32,108 nucleotides of DNA from a bacterium (GTDB taxonomy: Bacteria > Calditrichota > Calditrichia > RBG-13-44-9 > J042), in assembly GCA_015494485.1 (NCBI GenBank), contig WGBF01000221.1:1-32108 (forward strand), written 5' to 3'. The translations under genes and the position numbers were made by a program. Shown here piece by piece: positions 9,051-17,035 of the stretch. The notes below the pieces were generated by a model. It did not search any database, was not told the origin of the DNA, and worked only from the letters and a program-made list of their open reading frames with translations. Position 1 is the stretch's first letter. Every line of letters starts with the position of its first letter.

Positions 9051-10397
9051 ATGAAACCCAACAATAAAGTACTCATTATTGAAGACAATGTCGCGTGGGG
9101 GGAAAGCTACAAAAAATGGATTGGGGACCAATATCAGGTAAAACTGGCCTTCAACAAAAGCGAAGCCCTGCAACAACTGGAAAATTTTGACCCGGACCTG
9201 GTCATTCTGGATTTGGGCTTGCCCCAGATTAAAGATGGATTTGAAATTCTGGATACCATCATCCGGCAGGGGAAGGATACCCAGATTATTGTGGTGACAT
9301 CCTTTAAAGACCATCATTATGCGCTGGAGGCCCAACGCCGCGGTGCCTATGCCTATTTTTCCAAAGGGGAAAATATTGAAGAAGAACTTCCGTATCTGGT
9401 CAAACAGGCCATGAAGATGCAGCGCCTGGAGCGCGAAAACAAAGAACTTCGCTCCAAATTACACTCCAACATTCGGTTTGACAACATCGTGGCCGTTTCC
9501 CGCCAAATGCAGGAAATTCTGTCCTTTATCGAACAAATCAAAAACAGCAAAGAACCCATTTTAATTACCGGTGAATCCGGGGTGGGTAAAGAGGTAATTG
9601 CCCGGCACATATTTGAAAGCAGCGACAATTACCGCAATAATTTTGTGGCCATCAATTGCGCTGCTCTTCCTCCCAACCTGCTGGAAAGTGAATTGTTTGG
9701 TTATGAGAAAGGGGCTTTTACCGGGGCTGTTCGGTCTACCCGGGGCAAACTGGAATTAGCCCACAACGGAACGTTATTCCTGGATGAAATTGGGGATATG
9801 CCGCTGGAATTGCAGAGTAAACTCCTGCGGGTTCTGGAAAGTAAGCGGTTTTATCGCCTGGGTGGTGAGGACGAAATCAGCGTGGATTTCCGCCTGATTT
9901 CGGCTACCAATCAACCCCTGGCGGAACTGGTAAAAAATGGCAAATTTCGACAGGATCTGTACTACCGGATTAACGTCATCCCCATTCACATCCCTCCGTT
10001 GCGGGAACGCCCGGATGACATCCCGGCCATGATTGAATTCTTCGCACAAAATTTTTGCAGAGAGAATGACCTCCCTTTGCCCAAATTTACCAATCGGGTC
10101 ATTGCTTTTCTGTCCCACCTGCCCTGGAAAGGCAACGCCCGGGAACTGGAAAACACCATTAAACGCCTTATCCTGATGAACCGTCCCCAGATTGACATCC
10201 AGGATCTTCCGCCGGACATCTTGGAGGAATCGGACAATTTTTTGGACCGGGCCCTGGCAGAAGAACTGACCCTGGAAGAAGTATCCCGCATTTACGTAAA
10301 AATGGTGTTGGAGCAGAAAGGGGGCAACAAACGCGAAGCCTGTAAAGCCCTGAATATCAATTACCGCACGTTGATGCGGAAACTGCAAGGAAAATGA
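9051..10397 (+). CDS. sigma-54-dependent Fis-family (NtrC-type) response regulator
   Basis: Intact receiver ([22 protein letters not shown]). The AAA+ domain has GESGVGKE Walker A, the GAFTGA sigma-54 contact loop and FLDEIGDM Walker B. C-terminal Fis-type HTH ([20 protein letters not shown]). GAGGGAGG RBS. Confidence 0.92.
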   Translation: MKPNNKVLIIEDNVAWGESYKKWIGDQYQVKLAFNKSEALQQLENFDPDLVILDLGLPQIKDGFEILDTIIRQGKDTQIIVVTSFKDHHYALEAQRRGAYAYFSKGENIEEELPYLVKQAMKMQRLERENKELRSKLHSNIRFDNIVAVSRQMQEILSFIEQIKNSKEPILITGESGVGKEVIARHIFESSDNYRNNFVAINCAALPPNLLESELFGYEKGAFTGAVRSTRGKLELAHNGTLFLDEIGDMPLELQSKLLRVLESKRFYRLGGEDEISVDFRLISATNQPLAELVKNGKFRQDLYYRINVIPIHIPPLRERPDDIPAMIEFFAQNFCRENDLPLPKFTNRVIAFLSHLPWKGNARELENTIKRLILMNRPQIDIQDLPPDILEESDNFLDRALAEELTLEEVSRIYVKMVLEQKGGNKREACKALNINYRTLMRKLQGK

Positions 10398-10398
10398 T

Positions 10399-10443
10399 TG
10401 CACAAAATACAATCAGCAACTTGACGATTTTGCATTTTGTACA
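10399..10443. promoter_or_regulatory. imperfect inverted repeat TGCACAAAATACA-N19-TGCATTTTGTACA, candidate enhancer (UAS) for the adjacent NtrC-type activator
   Basis: The arms at 10399-10411 and 10431-10443 match in 11 of 13 positions as reverse complements. The centre lies about 125 bp upstream of the -24/-12 element, the usual distance for bacterial enhancer-binding proteins. Confidence 0.35.
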
Positions 10444-10545
10444 CCCCGTCTGTTAAAATTCCACCCTTAACACAGTAAAAACAGCAACTTAACAACAACA
10501 TTAATTCAAATTGTTGTTTTTATTATAATTAACAGCGTTTCATTC

Positions 10546-10561
10546 TGGCACTCCGTTTGTT
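10546..10561 (+). promoter_or_regulatory. candidate sigma-54 (-24/-12) promoter TGGCACTCCGTTTGTT
   Basis: TGGCAC-N5-TTGT has the correct GG-to-G spacing relative to consensus TGGCACG-N4-TTGCW, but the -12 element reads GT instead of GC. It is intergenic, correctly oriented, and about 35 nt upstream of the GTG at 10595, with an AAGGGGAAGG RBS in between. Confidence 0.5.
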
Positions 10562-10594
10562 GTATAGGTTGGTAAAAAACAAGGGGAAGGTTCG

Positions 10595-10852
10595 GTGGAA
10601 CAGGGGAACGTATTATTACAGGCAAACATGCTTCTGGAGCAGGTATCTGAAGAAAACGGAGTCCGGTATTATCGGCTTACCATAACCGGAAAAGACAACA
10701 TTCAGGTAACCCTTACGGATGTTGAACTCCGCAATTTAATGCACCAGGTACCTGACTTTCTGGAAGCCGTAATCGAAACCCAGGTACTAATTGAAAAACC
10801 CAAAACACGGAGGGGTAAGCGCAATGAAAGTATTGATATTGGAAACCACTAA
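10595..10852 (+). CDS. hypothetical 85-aa protein (GTG start)
   Basis: It is the only ORF downstream of the sigma-54-type promoter and has a good RBS. I recognise no family. Its last 29 nt overlap the next gene. Confidence 0.45.
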   Translation: MEQGNVLLQANMLLEQVSEENGVRYYRLTITGKDNIQVTLTDVELRNLMHQVPDFLEAVIETQVLIEKPKTRRGKRNESIDIGNH

Positions 10853-11204
10853 AGACCGGGCCAAATTGATTCAGGATTTACTGACCAATTACCGGTACAA
10901 AATTCAGGTAGCCATTGAGGGGGAAAATGTTATTAACAAAATCCGGGAAGAGAAACCGGCATTAATTATCCTGAACGCCAATCTCCGCCCTTTTTCCGGG
11001 ATTGGAATACTGGAAAAAATTAAAAGCGACCCGCGCTACAAAAAAATCCCGGTTATCCTGATTTCGAATTTCGATTCCAGCGAAATGGCCAACAAGGTCA
11101 AAGAATATCCCAACGTAGACCTGTTAAAGGAGCCGTTTAAAATTAAAAATTTCCGCCACATGGTAGAACGGTGGATTAATTTCCGCAGCCTGTATGTAAA
11201 CTAA
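10824..11204 (+). CDS. single-domain CheY-like receiver protein with non-canonical phospho-acceptor site (Asn in place of Asp)
   Basis: 126 aa with a GGAGGGG RBS before ATG 10824. The receiver fold pattern is clear (KVLILE..., ALIILNANLRP, PVILISNF, LLKEPF). The acceptor position is N51 (codon AAC at 10974-10976) and the N-terminal acidic pair reads ET. Confidence 0.8.
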   Translation: MKVLILETTKDRAKLIQDLLTNYRYKIQVAIEGENVINKIREEKPALIILNANLRPFSGIGILEKIKSDPRYKKIPVILISNFDSSEMANKVKEYPNVDLLKEPFKIKNFRHMVERWINFRSLYVN

Positions 11205-12211
11205 TCGGTGGAAGGATTTTCGGAATCCGGTGCAGGGGTATGCTGAAACCCAAATCCCTGAAACAGAAAGCGGTTCAACAACGGTGAAAACTTGCTCCAC
11301 CCCCGCCGGGGATCCACATCACTGTGTAAAATGCGGTCCACGGCATTCATTTTTTTATCCATGTCATTCAGTAACCACAGGGCAATAGCCTCCCGGGTTT
11401 GCGGAAGCACCGGTGCCCCGTCTGCGTGTTGGCCGGGATGGCTTATCACCAGATGCAGTAACGCGGTCCGGTACTCCCGGGGAAAATCCGGCAGCTCCGC
11501 CATTAACCGGGTGAGGTACGCACTGCCTAACACCACATGCCCGATTAAGCGCCCTTCAGTATTGTAATCAATAAATCCCCGGGAATATTCAAAGCACCAC
11601 AGTTTGCCAATATCATGAAAAATAATGCCGGTTTTTAACAATTGGTCATCCATATCCGGGTATAACGCTACCAGGCTTTCGGCCAGTTGCAACATACCCA
11701 CCACATGGTGAAGCAGACCACCCAGATACACATGGTGCCACAATTTCCCGGCCGGTACCTGATAAAATCGCCGCCGAACCGCATCGTTGCTGAAGGCCCG
11801 TTCCAGCAAGGATTGCCACACCGAATGGTCAATTGTGTTCAGGTAGTGTTCGAATGTTTCAATCAAATGCTCCATATTGCCGGGATACCGGGGTAAAAAT
11901 TCCAGGTATTCCTCTCCGGTCGTTGCTTTCACCATCGTTATGGCATGAATTTTCAATTCCCGCCGATCCTGAAAAATGTACGGCGTACACTCCAATTCCA
12001 AGATGGTTCCCGGCACCAGACGTTGCTGCCACTTCTCAAATTTCTCCCACAACCGGGCTTTTAACCGGCCACTAAAATCGCCAACTTCCAGTTCCAGATA
12101 AGGCTTTCCCTGAGTAGTGTACTTCAGGCACACATCCCGTACAACACAACGGGCGGTAAACCGCTTATCCAGCGGTGCCTGTTTAATTCCAATTTTATTT
12201 GCAGAAACCAT
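11201..12211 (-). CDS. OB-fold + HD-domain 3'-5' exoribonuclease, YhaM-like
   Basis: 336 aa. It has an N-terminal OB-fold-like segment (CVVRDVCLKYTTQGKPYLELEVGDFSGRLKARLW) and an HD domain (HHVYLGGLLHHV ... IFHDIGK ... GHVVLG). Confidence 0.75.
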   Translation of the reverse strand: MVSANKIGIKQAPLDKRFTARCVVRDVCLKYTTQGKPYLELEVGDFSGRLKARLWEKFEKWQQRLVPGTILELECTPYIFQDRRELKIHAITMVKATTGEEYLEFLPRYPGNMEHLIETFEHYLNTIDHSVWQSLLERAFSNDAVRRRFYQVPAGKLWHHVYLGGLLHHVVGMLQLAESLVALYPDMDDQLLKTGIIFHDIGKLWCFEYSRGFIDYNTEGRLIGHVVLGSAYLTRLMAELPDFPREYRTALLHLVISHPGQHADGAPVLPQTREAIALWLLNDMDKKMNAVDRILHSDVDPRRGWSKFSPLLNRFLFQGFGFQHTPAPDSENPSTD

Positions 12212-12257
12212 CGGTTTTGTATTTAATTATTTTTTTAACATGAACAAAGGCAGGTAT

Positions 12258-12743
12258 ATGAAGATAGGGATTATTTCAGACACACACAACAGGTTAAACC
12301 CGAAAATTCTGGATATTTTTCAAAATATTCCGGTGATTATTCATGCCGGTGATGTCGGTAGTGCCATGATCCTGCACCGTCTGAAATCAATTCCCGGCGT
12401 GGAAACCGTGTATGCCGTGCTGGGTAATACGGATGACCCCTGGGAACTTTCCGGGGTACCAATTGAACTGGAGCTGTCGTTCGATTCTCACAACATTCTG
12501 GTCCGCCACATTTTAACCTCCCCCCAATCCTTTTTAACAGAACGCCGAAAAGCGAAAAAAGAAATGCCCGAAATTGTTATTTTCGGGCATACTCACGAAC
12601 CGTATTTTAAGAAAATTGACGATGTTTATTTTTTAAATCCGGGCAGTGCCACCTCCCCGCGCCACGTCCAATATCCTTCAGTTGCTATCCTTACATTAAC
12701 CTCTACTGCTCCGGACGTGGATTTCGTGGAGCTGGGTCCTTAA
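12258..12743 (+). CDS. YfcE/MJ0936-family metallophosphoesterase
   Basis: Motifs MKIGIISDTHN, HAGDV, GNTD and FGHTHEP. The track start at 12117 is a GTG inside the divergent gene. ATG 12258 (or 12240) fits the family N-terminus. Confidence 0.85.
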   Translation: MKIGIISDTHNRLNPKILDIFQNIPVIIHAGDVGSAMILHRLKSIPGVETVYAVLGNTDDPWELSGVPIELELSFDSHNILVRHILTSPQSFLTERRKAKKEMPEIVIFGHTHEPYFKKIDDVYFLNPGSATSPRHVQYPSVAILTLTSTAPDVDFVELGP

Positions 12744-12928
12744 CTCCACGCTTCCTTTTCGTTGCATTTGCAAACTTTCAAATTCTGGGTCAAATATTTG
12801 TAGCTACCGGTTTTTTCGGATTTGTACGTGGTGACCTTCTTCAAAAACAGATATTTTTCCCCGCACACCGGGCATGTGGGGATATCTGTTTTCATCATCT
12901 TTTGTGCGAACGACACTTTTTTTGCCAT
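12740..12928 (-). CDS. small 4-Cys zinc-ribbon protein (hypothetical)
   Basis: 62 aa with an AGGAG RBS. CPVCG...CKC pattern. It is the last gene of the ECF-sigma operon, 19 nt after the upstream stop. Confidence 0.55.
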   Translation of the reverse strand: MAKKVSFAQKMMKTDIPTCPVCGEKYLFLKKVTTYKSEKTGSYKYLTQNLKVCKCNEKEAWS

Positions 12929-12947
12929 GACCTGCTCCTAAAAATTT

Positions 12948-14675
12948 TTACACATATATTTTAATTTTCTCATTCTCATCGGTAGCCGCCTGAGTCACTA
13001 CCTGTTCTGCTTTTACCATAATGTCCAGCGGGTCATTTCCTGCAGTGGGGAACTCCACCAATCCCCACGACTGCTGCACCCCTGGAATTTCTCCACCACA
13101 CCAAACAGCTTTAACGGATATTTCCTTTTCCAGCTGTTCAATGTGGTCCATTACCTGGCGGCTGTTGCGATCCACCCAAAGCACCGCAAACAACCCGCCC
13201 GAAAGCCGGTAAATATAATTCATTTTCCCAAGATAAGGCAAGATGAAAGACAAATATTCCTTCAGAAATTGATCTTGAAGGACCTCGGGCAATTGCTCGA
13301 TGTTCGGTTCCAGAAGCTGCAAGTAGGCCAGCGTGGATACTCCCTTCCGTTCCTTCATCCGAATCAGTTCCTTCTCCAGATGTTCCTTAAACGCGGTAAA
13401 ATTGCCCAGCCCCGTCTGGAGATCGTATTTACTGGTTCGCACCCATTGCTCAATAAGGCGTTGTTTTTCAATAAATACCCCCACCATGGCACCAATGCCT
13501 TTTAACACTTCCCGGGTTTGTTCGCTAAAATGATTTGGTGCAAAACTTTCCAGAATGGTTACGACTGCATCTTCCCCATTAAAAATAAACGGTACGCCTA
13601 CCAGCGACCGGTACTCTCTGGCAGGGGGTTCATTTTCCATGAAACGGGGGATGTAATTTTCCTTAACGCTGAAATCGTCCACCAGTAAATCTTTTCCATT
13701 GCGAATTAACCATCCTACCAGTCCTTCCGTCAAACTGAACTCCGCTTCCGGCAATATTCCCCGAAAATCCCCGGCGGTAAACACAACCATTCCCGTTTCT
13801 GGACCCACCCGCCTGGCAAATGCCACCCGGTCCGCACCAAAATATTTTTTAAATGCCCCGGCTAAAAATTCCCACAGGTGTTCCAGGGTCTTTACATGAA
13901 GCAGCCCACGGGCAAAGTCAATATACACGGTATTTTCCCAGGACTGTTGCTCATATTGGAACATGCGACTGCTTTGCTGCAGCTCCAGTTCCAGAAGCCG
14001 GGCGTAATGCTGAAGTAAATCCACATCATCCGGGCCAAATGCCCCCTCACTGGCGGACGCCACAAACAACACCCCAATGGGTTTCCCCTGATATTCAACC
14101 GGAACGCCGGCAAACGATTGGACCGCTGGTGCCTGCGCCGGATGCGGGGGAATCAATTGATCGATTCTGCCGCTCAACTGATTTTCAATTAACGGCTCCT
14201 TTTGTTTAAACACCAATCCGGGCAACGTTGCTTCTCCGGCAAACTGTTTCTGCTGAGGCGCATGGCCATCCTGATGCAGAAAGTAACGGATGTGAAAGGT
14301 GTGCTTACCGGGATTTACCAGCAGAAAGGCGGCTTCATCTGCCACCAGCGTATTCAAAATGATGGGGAAAAGGGCATGAAGAAATTGCTGGTAATATTCC
14401 TGGGATACGTGTTCTTCCGGGCCATCATTGGGGTCCGACACCAGTTCTACTTCCAGCTGTTCCGGCTCTTCCGCCGGTTCCGCAGAGTCCGGTGCGCTAA
14501 GGACCTCCTTTTTTGTCAGGAAAAAGAAAGTTCCCCCAATGGCTGCCAGAATAACACCAACCTTAATAATAACAAAAAGGGTAGAATTTGGAAGGAAGGA
14601 GAGCACTGCCAATGCAATAAATACGGCCCCTGCCACCCCCCACAGCGTTGAACGTTCCTCAAGCATACTACTCAC
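12948..14675 (-). CDS. membrane-anchored tandem-GAF protein with degenerate GGDEF domain (SGGLF)
   Basis: 575 aa with two N-terminal TM helices and two GAF-like regions. The C-terminal GGDEF-fold region reads DLQTGLGNFTAFKEHL...YRLSGGLFAVLWVD. The signature codons at 13188-13202 read SGGLF instead of GG(D/E)EF. The start is GTG 14675; the alternative is ATG 14666. Confidence 0.78.
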   Translation of the reverse strand: MSSMLEERSTLWGVAGAVFIALAVLSFLPNSTLFVIIKVGVILAAIGGTFFFLTKKEVLSAPDSAEPAEEPEQLEVELVSDPNDGPEEHVSQEYYQQFLHALFPIILNTLVADEAAFLLVNPGKHTFHIRYFLHQDGHAPQQKQFAGEATLPGLVFKQKEPLIENQLSGRIDQLIPPHPAQAPAVQSFAGVPVEYQGKPIGVLFVASASEGAFGPDDVDLLQHYARLLELELQQSSRMFQYEQQSWENTVYIDFARGLLHVKTLEHLWEFLAGAFKKYFGADRVAFARRVGPETGMVVFTAGDFRGILPEAEFSLTEGLVGWLIRNGKDLLVDDFSVKENYIPRFMENEPPAREYRSLVGVPFIFNGEDAVVTILESFAPNHFSEQTREVLKGIGAMVGVFIEKQRLIEQWVRTSKYDLQTGLGNFTAFKEHLEKELIRMKERKGVSTLAYLQLLEPNIEQLPEVLQDQFLKEYLSFILPYLGKMNYIYRLSGGLFAVLWVDRNSRQVMDHIEQLEKEISVKAVWCGGEIPGVQQSWGLVEFPTAGNDPLDIMVKAEQVVTQAATDENEKIKIYV

Positions 14676-14695
14676 AAATTCCCGTTTGGCCGTTT

Positions 14696-15241
14696 TTAAT
14701 CACCCACCAGTTGCACAGGCCGTCCTGCTGTTCGGGGCACTGTGGCGTTATTTTTGGTGGAATCCAGTTGCGTTTCCGTCGGAGATGTCAGTGCTTTGGC
14801 GGGTGCAGCCGTGGCACCGGGAATTCCTGTCGGTGCGGCAACGGATTGCCGGATTGACGTCCGAAACTCGGTATTACCGGACTGCGCGGTATTGGGTTGC
14901 GGTGGGGATAACAACAGTACACCCAGAATTACAATTGATGCCACCGCTGAACCTATGGCTGGTATTTTCCAATTGTGTTTTAAGTTCAGTAACGGTCCCA
15001 TCCATGGTGAGGTATTGTTTAACTGCGCAATCCTGTCCTGAAGTTGGCGTTCAAAATGGGATGAGGTGGTAATTGGGGGAAGAGATTGAAGCGAACGGCG
15101 AATAATTTTAATCTGATAAATGGCTTCGCTGCAATCGGTACATACAGCGAGATGTGCTTCCAATGCCTGCCGTTCTTCTGAGAGCAATTCACCTTCAATG
15201 TAGCTGGAAAAATGAACCCGGAACTTGTCGCATTCTTGCAT
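14696..15241 (-). CDS. anti-sigma factor (zf-HC2 type) with one TM helix
   Basis: MQECDKFRVHFSSYIEGELLSEERQALEAHLAVCTDC matches the H-x3-C-x2-C anti-sigma zinc motif. There is a central TM helix (IPAIGSAVASIVILGVLLL). ATG 15241 is preferred over the TTG at 15247. Confidence 0.75.
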   Translation of the reverse strand: MQECDKFRVHFSSYIEGELLSEERQALEAHLAVCTDCSEAIYQIKIIRRSLQSLPPITTSSHFERQLQDRIAQLNNTSPWMGPLLNLKHNWKIPAIGSAVASIVILGVLLLSPPQPNTAQSGNTEFRTSIRQSVAAPTGIPGATAAPAKALTSPTETQLDSTKNNATVPRTAGRPVQLVGD

Positions 15242-15250
15242 AGGCAATCC

Positions 15251-15877
15251 TCATATTTTTGATTCCTCTTTACTCTTTTCTTCGTTCTCGAACAAAAATT
15301 TTAAATCTTCCTGCAATTTCAAACGTCCACGGTTCACCCGCGATTTCACGGTACCCAGGGGAATGTTCAATATCTGGCTAATTTCTTCATATGAAAACCC
15401 CTGCACATCCCGCAATAAAATCACCTCTTTAAATTTCGGCGGTAACTTTTCAATCGCCTTCTGAATAATATCATCTTTTATGGTTCCATCCACTTCCAGT
15501 TCCGGATTCTTATCTTCGTCTGGAATTTCATAATCTTTTTCTTCATTCATAAAATTACTAACGCTGAAAAGCTTTCTTCGTTTCCGTTTCCGCAATTCTG
15601 TTTTAGCTAAATTCCCTGCAATGGTGTAAATCCAGGTCGAAAACTTGGCAATTTCCTTATAGTAATGTTTATTTTTATAAACCCTCAAAAATGTTTCCTG
15701 AACAATATCTTCGGCATCGTTGCGGTTTCCCACAAAACGATAAACGAAGTTCAACAATTGGTCTTTATAGCGATGAACCAGAATGTCAAATGCCTGCTGA
15801 TCACCCTGCTGGAAACGTGCAATAAGTTCTTCATCCGTTACCTTTTGGGGTTTATTGTTCTTTTTTTTACCTGTCAT
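15251..15877 (-). CDS. ECF-subfamily RNA polymerase sigma-70 factor
   Basis: 208 aa. Region 2 (DAEDIVQETFLRVY, FSTWIYTIAGN) and region 4 (VILLRDVQGFSYEEISQILNIPLGTVKSRVNRGR). Confidence 0.9.
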   Translation of the reverse strand: MTGKKKNNKPQKVTDEELIARFQQGDQQAFDILVHRYKDQLLNFVYRFVGNRNDAEDIVQETFLRVYKNKHYYKEIAKFSTWIYTIAGNLAKTELRKRKRRKLFSVSNFMNEEKDYEIPDEDKNPELEVDGTIKDDIIQKAIEKLPPKFKEVILLRDVQGFSYEEISQILNIPLGTVKSRVNRGRLKLQEDLKFLFENEEKSKEESKI

Positions 15878-15926
15878 ATTAAAGTCGAATGTTTTACTGT
15901 TTGCAAGGTTTTGAGTTCCCGTTATA

Positions 15927-16934
15927 TTAAATCAAATTTATTAACCGGCCCAGCAAAATGTCAAGCAATAACTCAGGGGCCATCTGAGAGGATTTTAGTG
16001 CACCGTCCGTATCTTTTACGATCCGGAGGGCATCCTGCAATTCCTTCCATTTCCAGCGGCTGGCCTGATGGCGGTATTCCTGATAATGGCGGGAATAAAG
16101 CCCCAGCGCTTTTTGAACTTCCCGTTCAGTGTAGGTTTTGTCCAGGGCATATCCCTTAATTTTCCACATCAACAGCAGGGTGCGCTGGATGTGGAAAAGA
16201 ATGGAAAAGGGACTTTCCCCCCGTTCAATTAGCTGATGCAAATAGTTGAACGCCATTTTTTTATTTTTCTCACCCAGAGCACGGGTAAAATCGAACACCG
16301 TTTTGGTGGGGCGCTGGCGGACAAAATCCTCTACATCCTGAACCCGAATCGTTTCCTGCTGTTCGTAATAGTTGAATAACTGAACCAATTCCAGCCGAAT
16401 ATCCTGCAACTGATTTCCCACGTAAAACAAAAAGGTCTTTACCGCTTCCGGTTCAATGGTTTTGCCTTTTTTCTTGGCTTCCTGAAGAATCAGCCGTTCC
16501 AGGGCGCTGGAATCCAGGGTGCTGATCTCCACAACGGAAATAAGCGATTGGATTTTTTGAACAAACCGGGGCAACACCGCATCGCGAACCTGTAAAATCA
16601 GCAAAACATCCGGATTGGGTTGTTTTAAATAGGCAAGCAGCGGGTCCAGTTTTTTGGACTTTACTGCCTGAAAATCCCGATATTCCACCACCTTTTTTTC
16701 ACTGAACAGACTACCCCCGCCCCAGAGAGGTACCAGAGCCTGCAAAGGGGTTTCCGTTGCGTAACGGATAAAATAATTTATTTCTTTTTCCGGGGTGCCC
16801 AGGAAAGCCTCCACCAGTTCGCGCGTCACATCATCAATCAGGGCGGTTTCCTCCCCGTAAATTAAATACGCTGGCTGCAGTTGCTTTTCCTGCAGGGCTT
16901 TTTTTAATGCGGTGTAGTTGAGCAATGCGTTCAT
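15927..16934 (-). CDS. holA: DNA polymerase III subunit delta
   Basis: 335 aa. The N-terminus ...LQPAYLIYGEETALIDD, and the length and helical C-terminal domain, are typical of HolA. Confidence 0.8.
   Translation of the reverse strand: MNALLNYTALKKALQEKQLQPAYLIYGEETALIDDVTRELVEAFLGTPEKEINYFIRYATETPLQALVPLWGGGSLFSEKKVVEYRDFQAVKSKKLDPLLAYLKQPNPDVLLILQVRDAVLPRFVQKIQSLISVVEISTLDSSALERLILQEAKKKGKTIEPEAVKTFLFYVGNQLQDIRLELVQLFNYYEQQETIRVQDVEDFVRQRPTKTVFDFTRALGEKNKKMAFNYLHQLIERGESPFSILFHIQRTLLLMWKIKGYALDKTYTEREVQKALGLYSRHYQEYRHQASRWKWKELQDALRIVKDTDGALKSSQMAPELLLDILLGRLINLI
15933..15940 (-). promoter_or_regulatory. candidate -7 box TAAATTTG for the ECF-sigma operon
   Basis: The plus strand reads CAAATTTA, an exact TAnnTTTG on the minus strand, 56 nt upstream of ATG 15877. 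It lies inside the last codons of holA. Confidence 0.25.
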
Positions 16935-17035
16935 TTTACCTTTTCACTTTTCCAGGCTTTGCGTAAAAAATAGATAAAACCGCCCCAGATGATTGTCAAT
17001 TCAATGACCATCACAATAATGCTAAATGTTTCCAT
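16931..17035 (-). CDS. MetS-like small subunit of the NSS transporter (34 aa, single TM)
   Basis: Too short for the ORF track. Manual translation gives METFSIIVMVIELTIIWGGFIYFLRKAWKSEKVK. An AAGGGGG RBS precedes it. The ATG lies 14 nt inside the 3' end of the NSS gene, and its TGA overlaps the holA ATG (ATGA). Confidence 0.55.
   Translation of the reverse strand: METFSIIVMVIELTIIWGGFIYFLRKAWKSEKVK

Noticed and set aside
10491-10520. AACAACAA-N12-TTGTTGTT followed by a T-run, as a Rho-independent terminator of the NtrC-type gene
   Set aside because: The stem is only 8 bp with just two G:C pairs, so it is too weak to call. It is treated as part of the AT-rich region between the UAS and the promoter.
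11201-12743. Convergent gene pairs whose stop codons overlap by 4 nt (CTAA at 11201-11204, TTAA at 12740-12743) with no terminators in between
   Set aside because: This reflects tight genome packing and is common in compact genomes. No structure or motif is associated with it.
15915-15920. GGGAAC (minus strand) as an ECF-type -35 box for autoregulation of the sigma factor
   Set aside because: No CGT-type -10 element sits at the right spacing, and the implied leader of about 10 nt leaves no room for an RBS.
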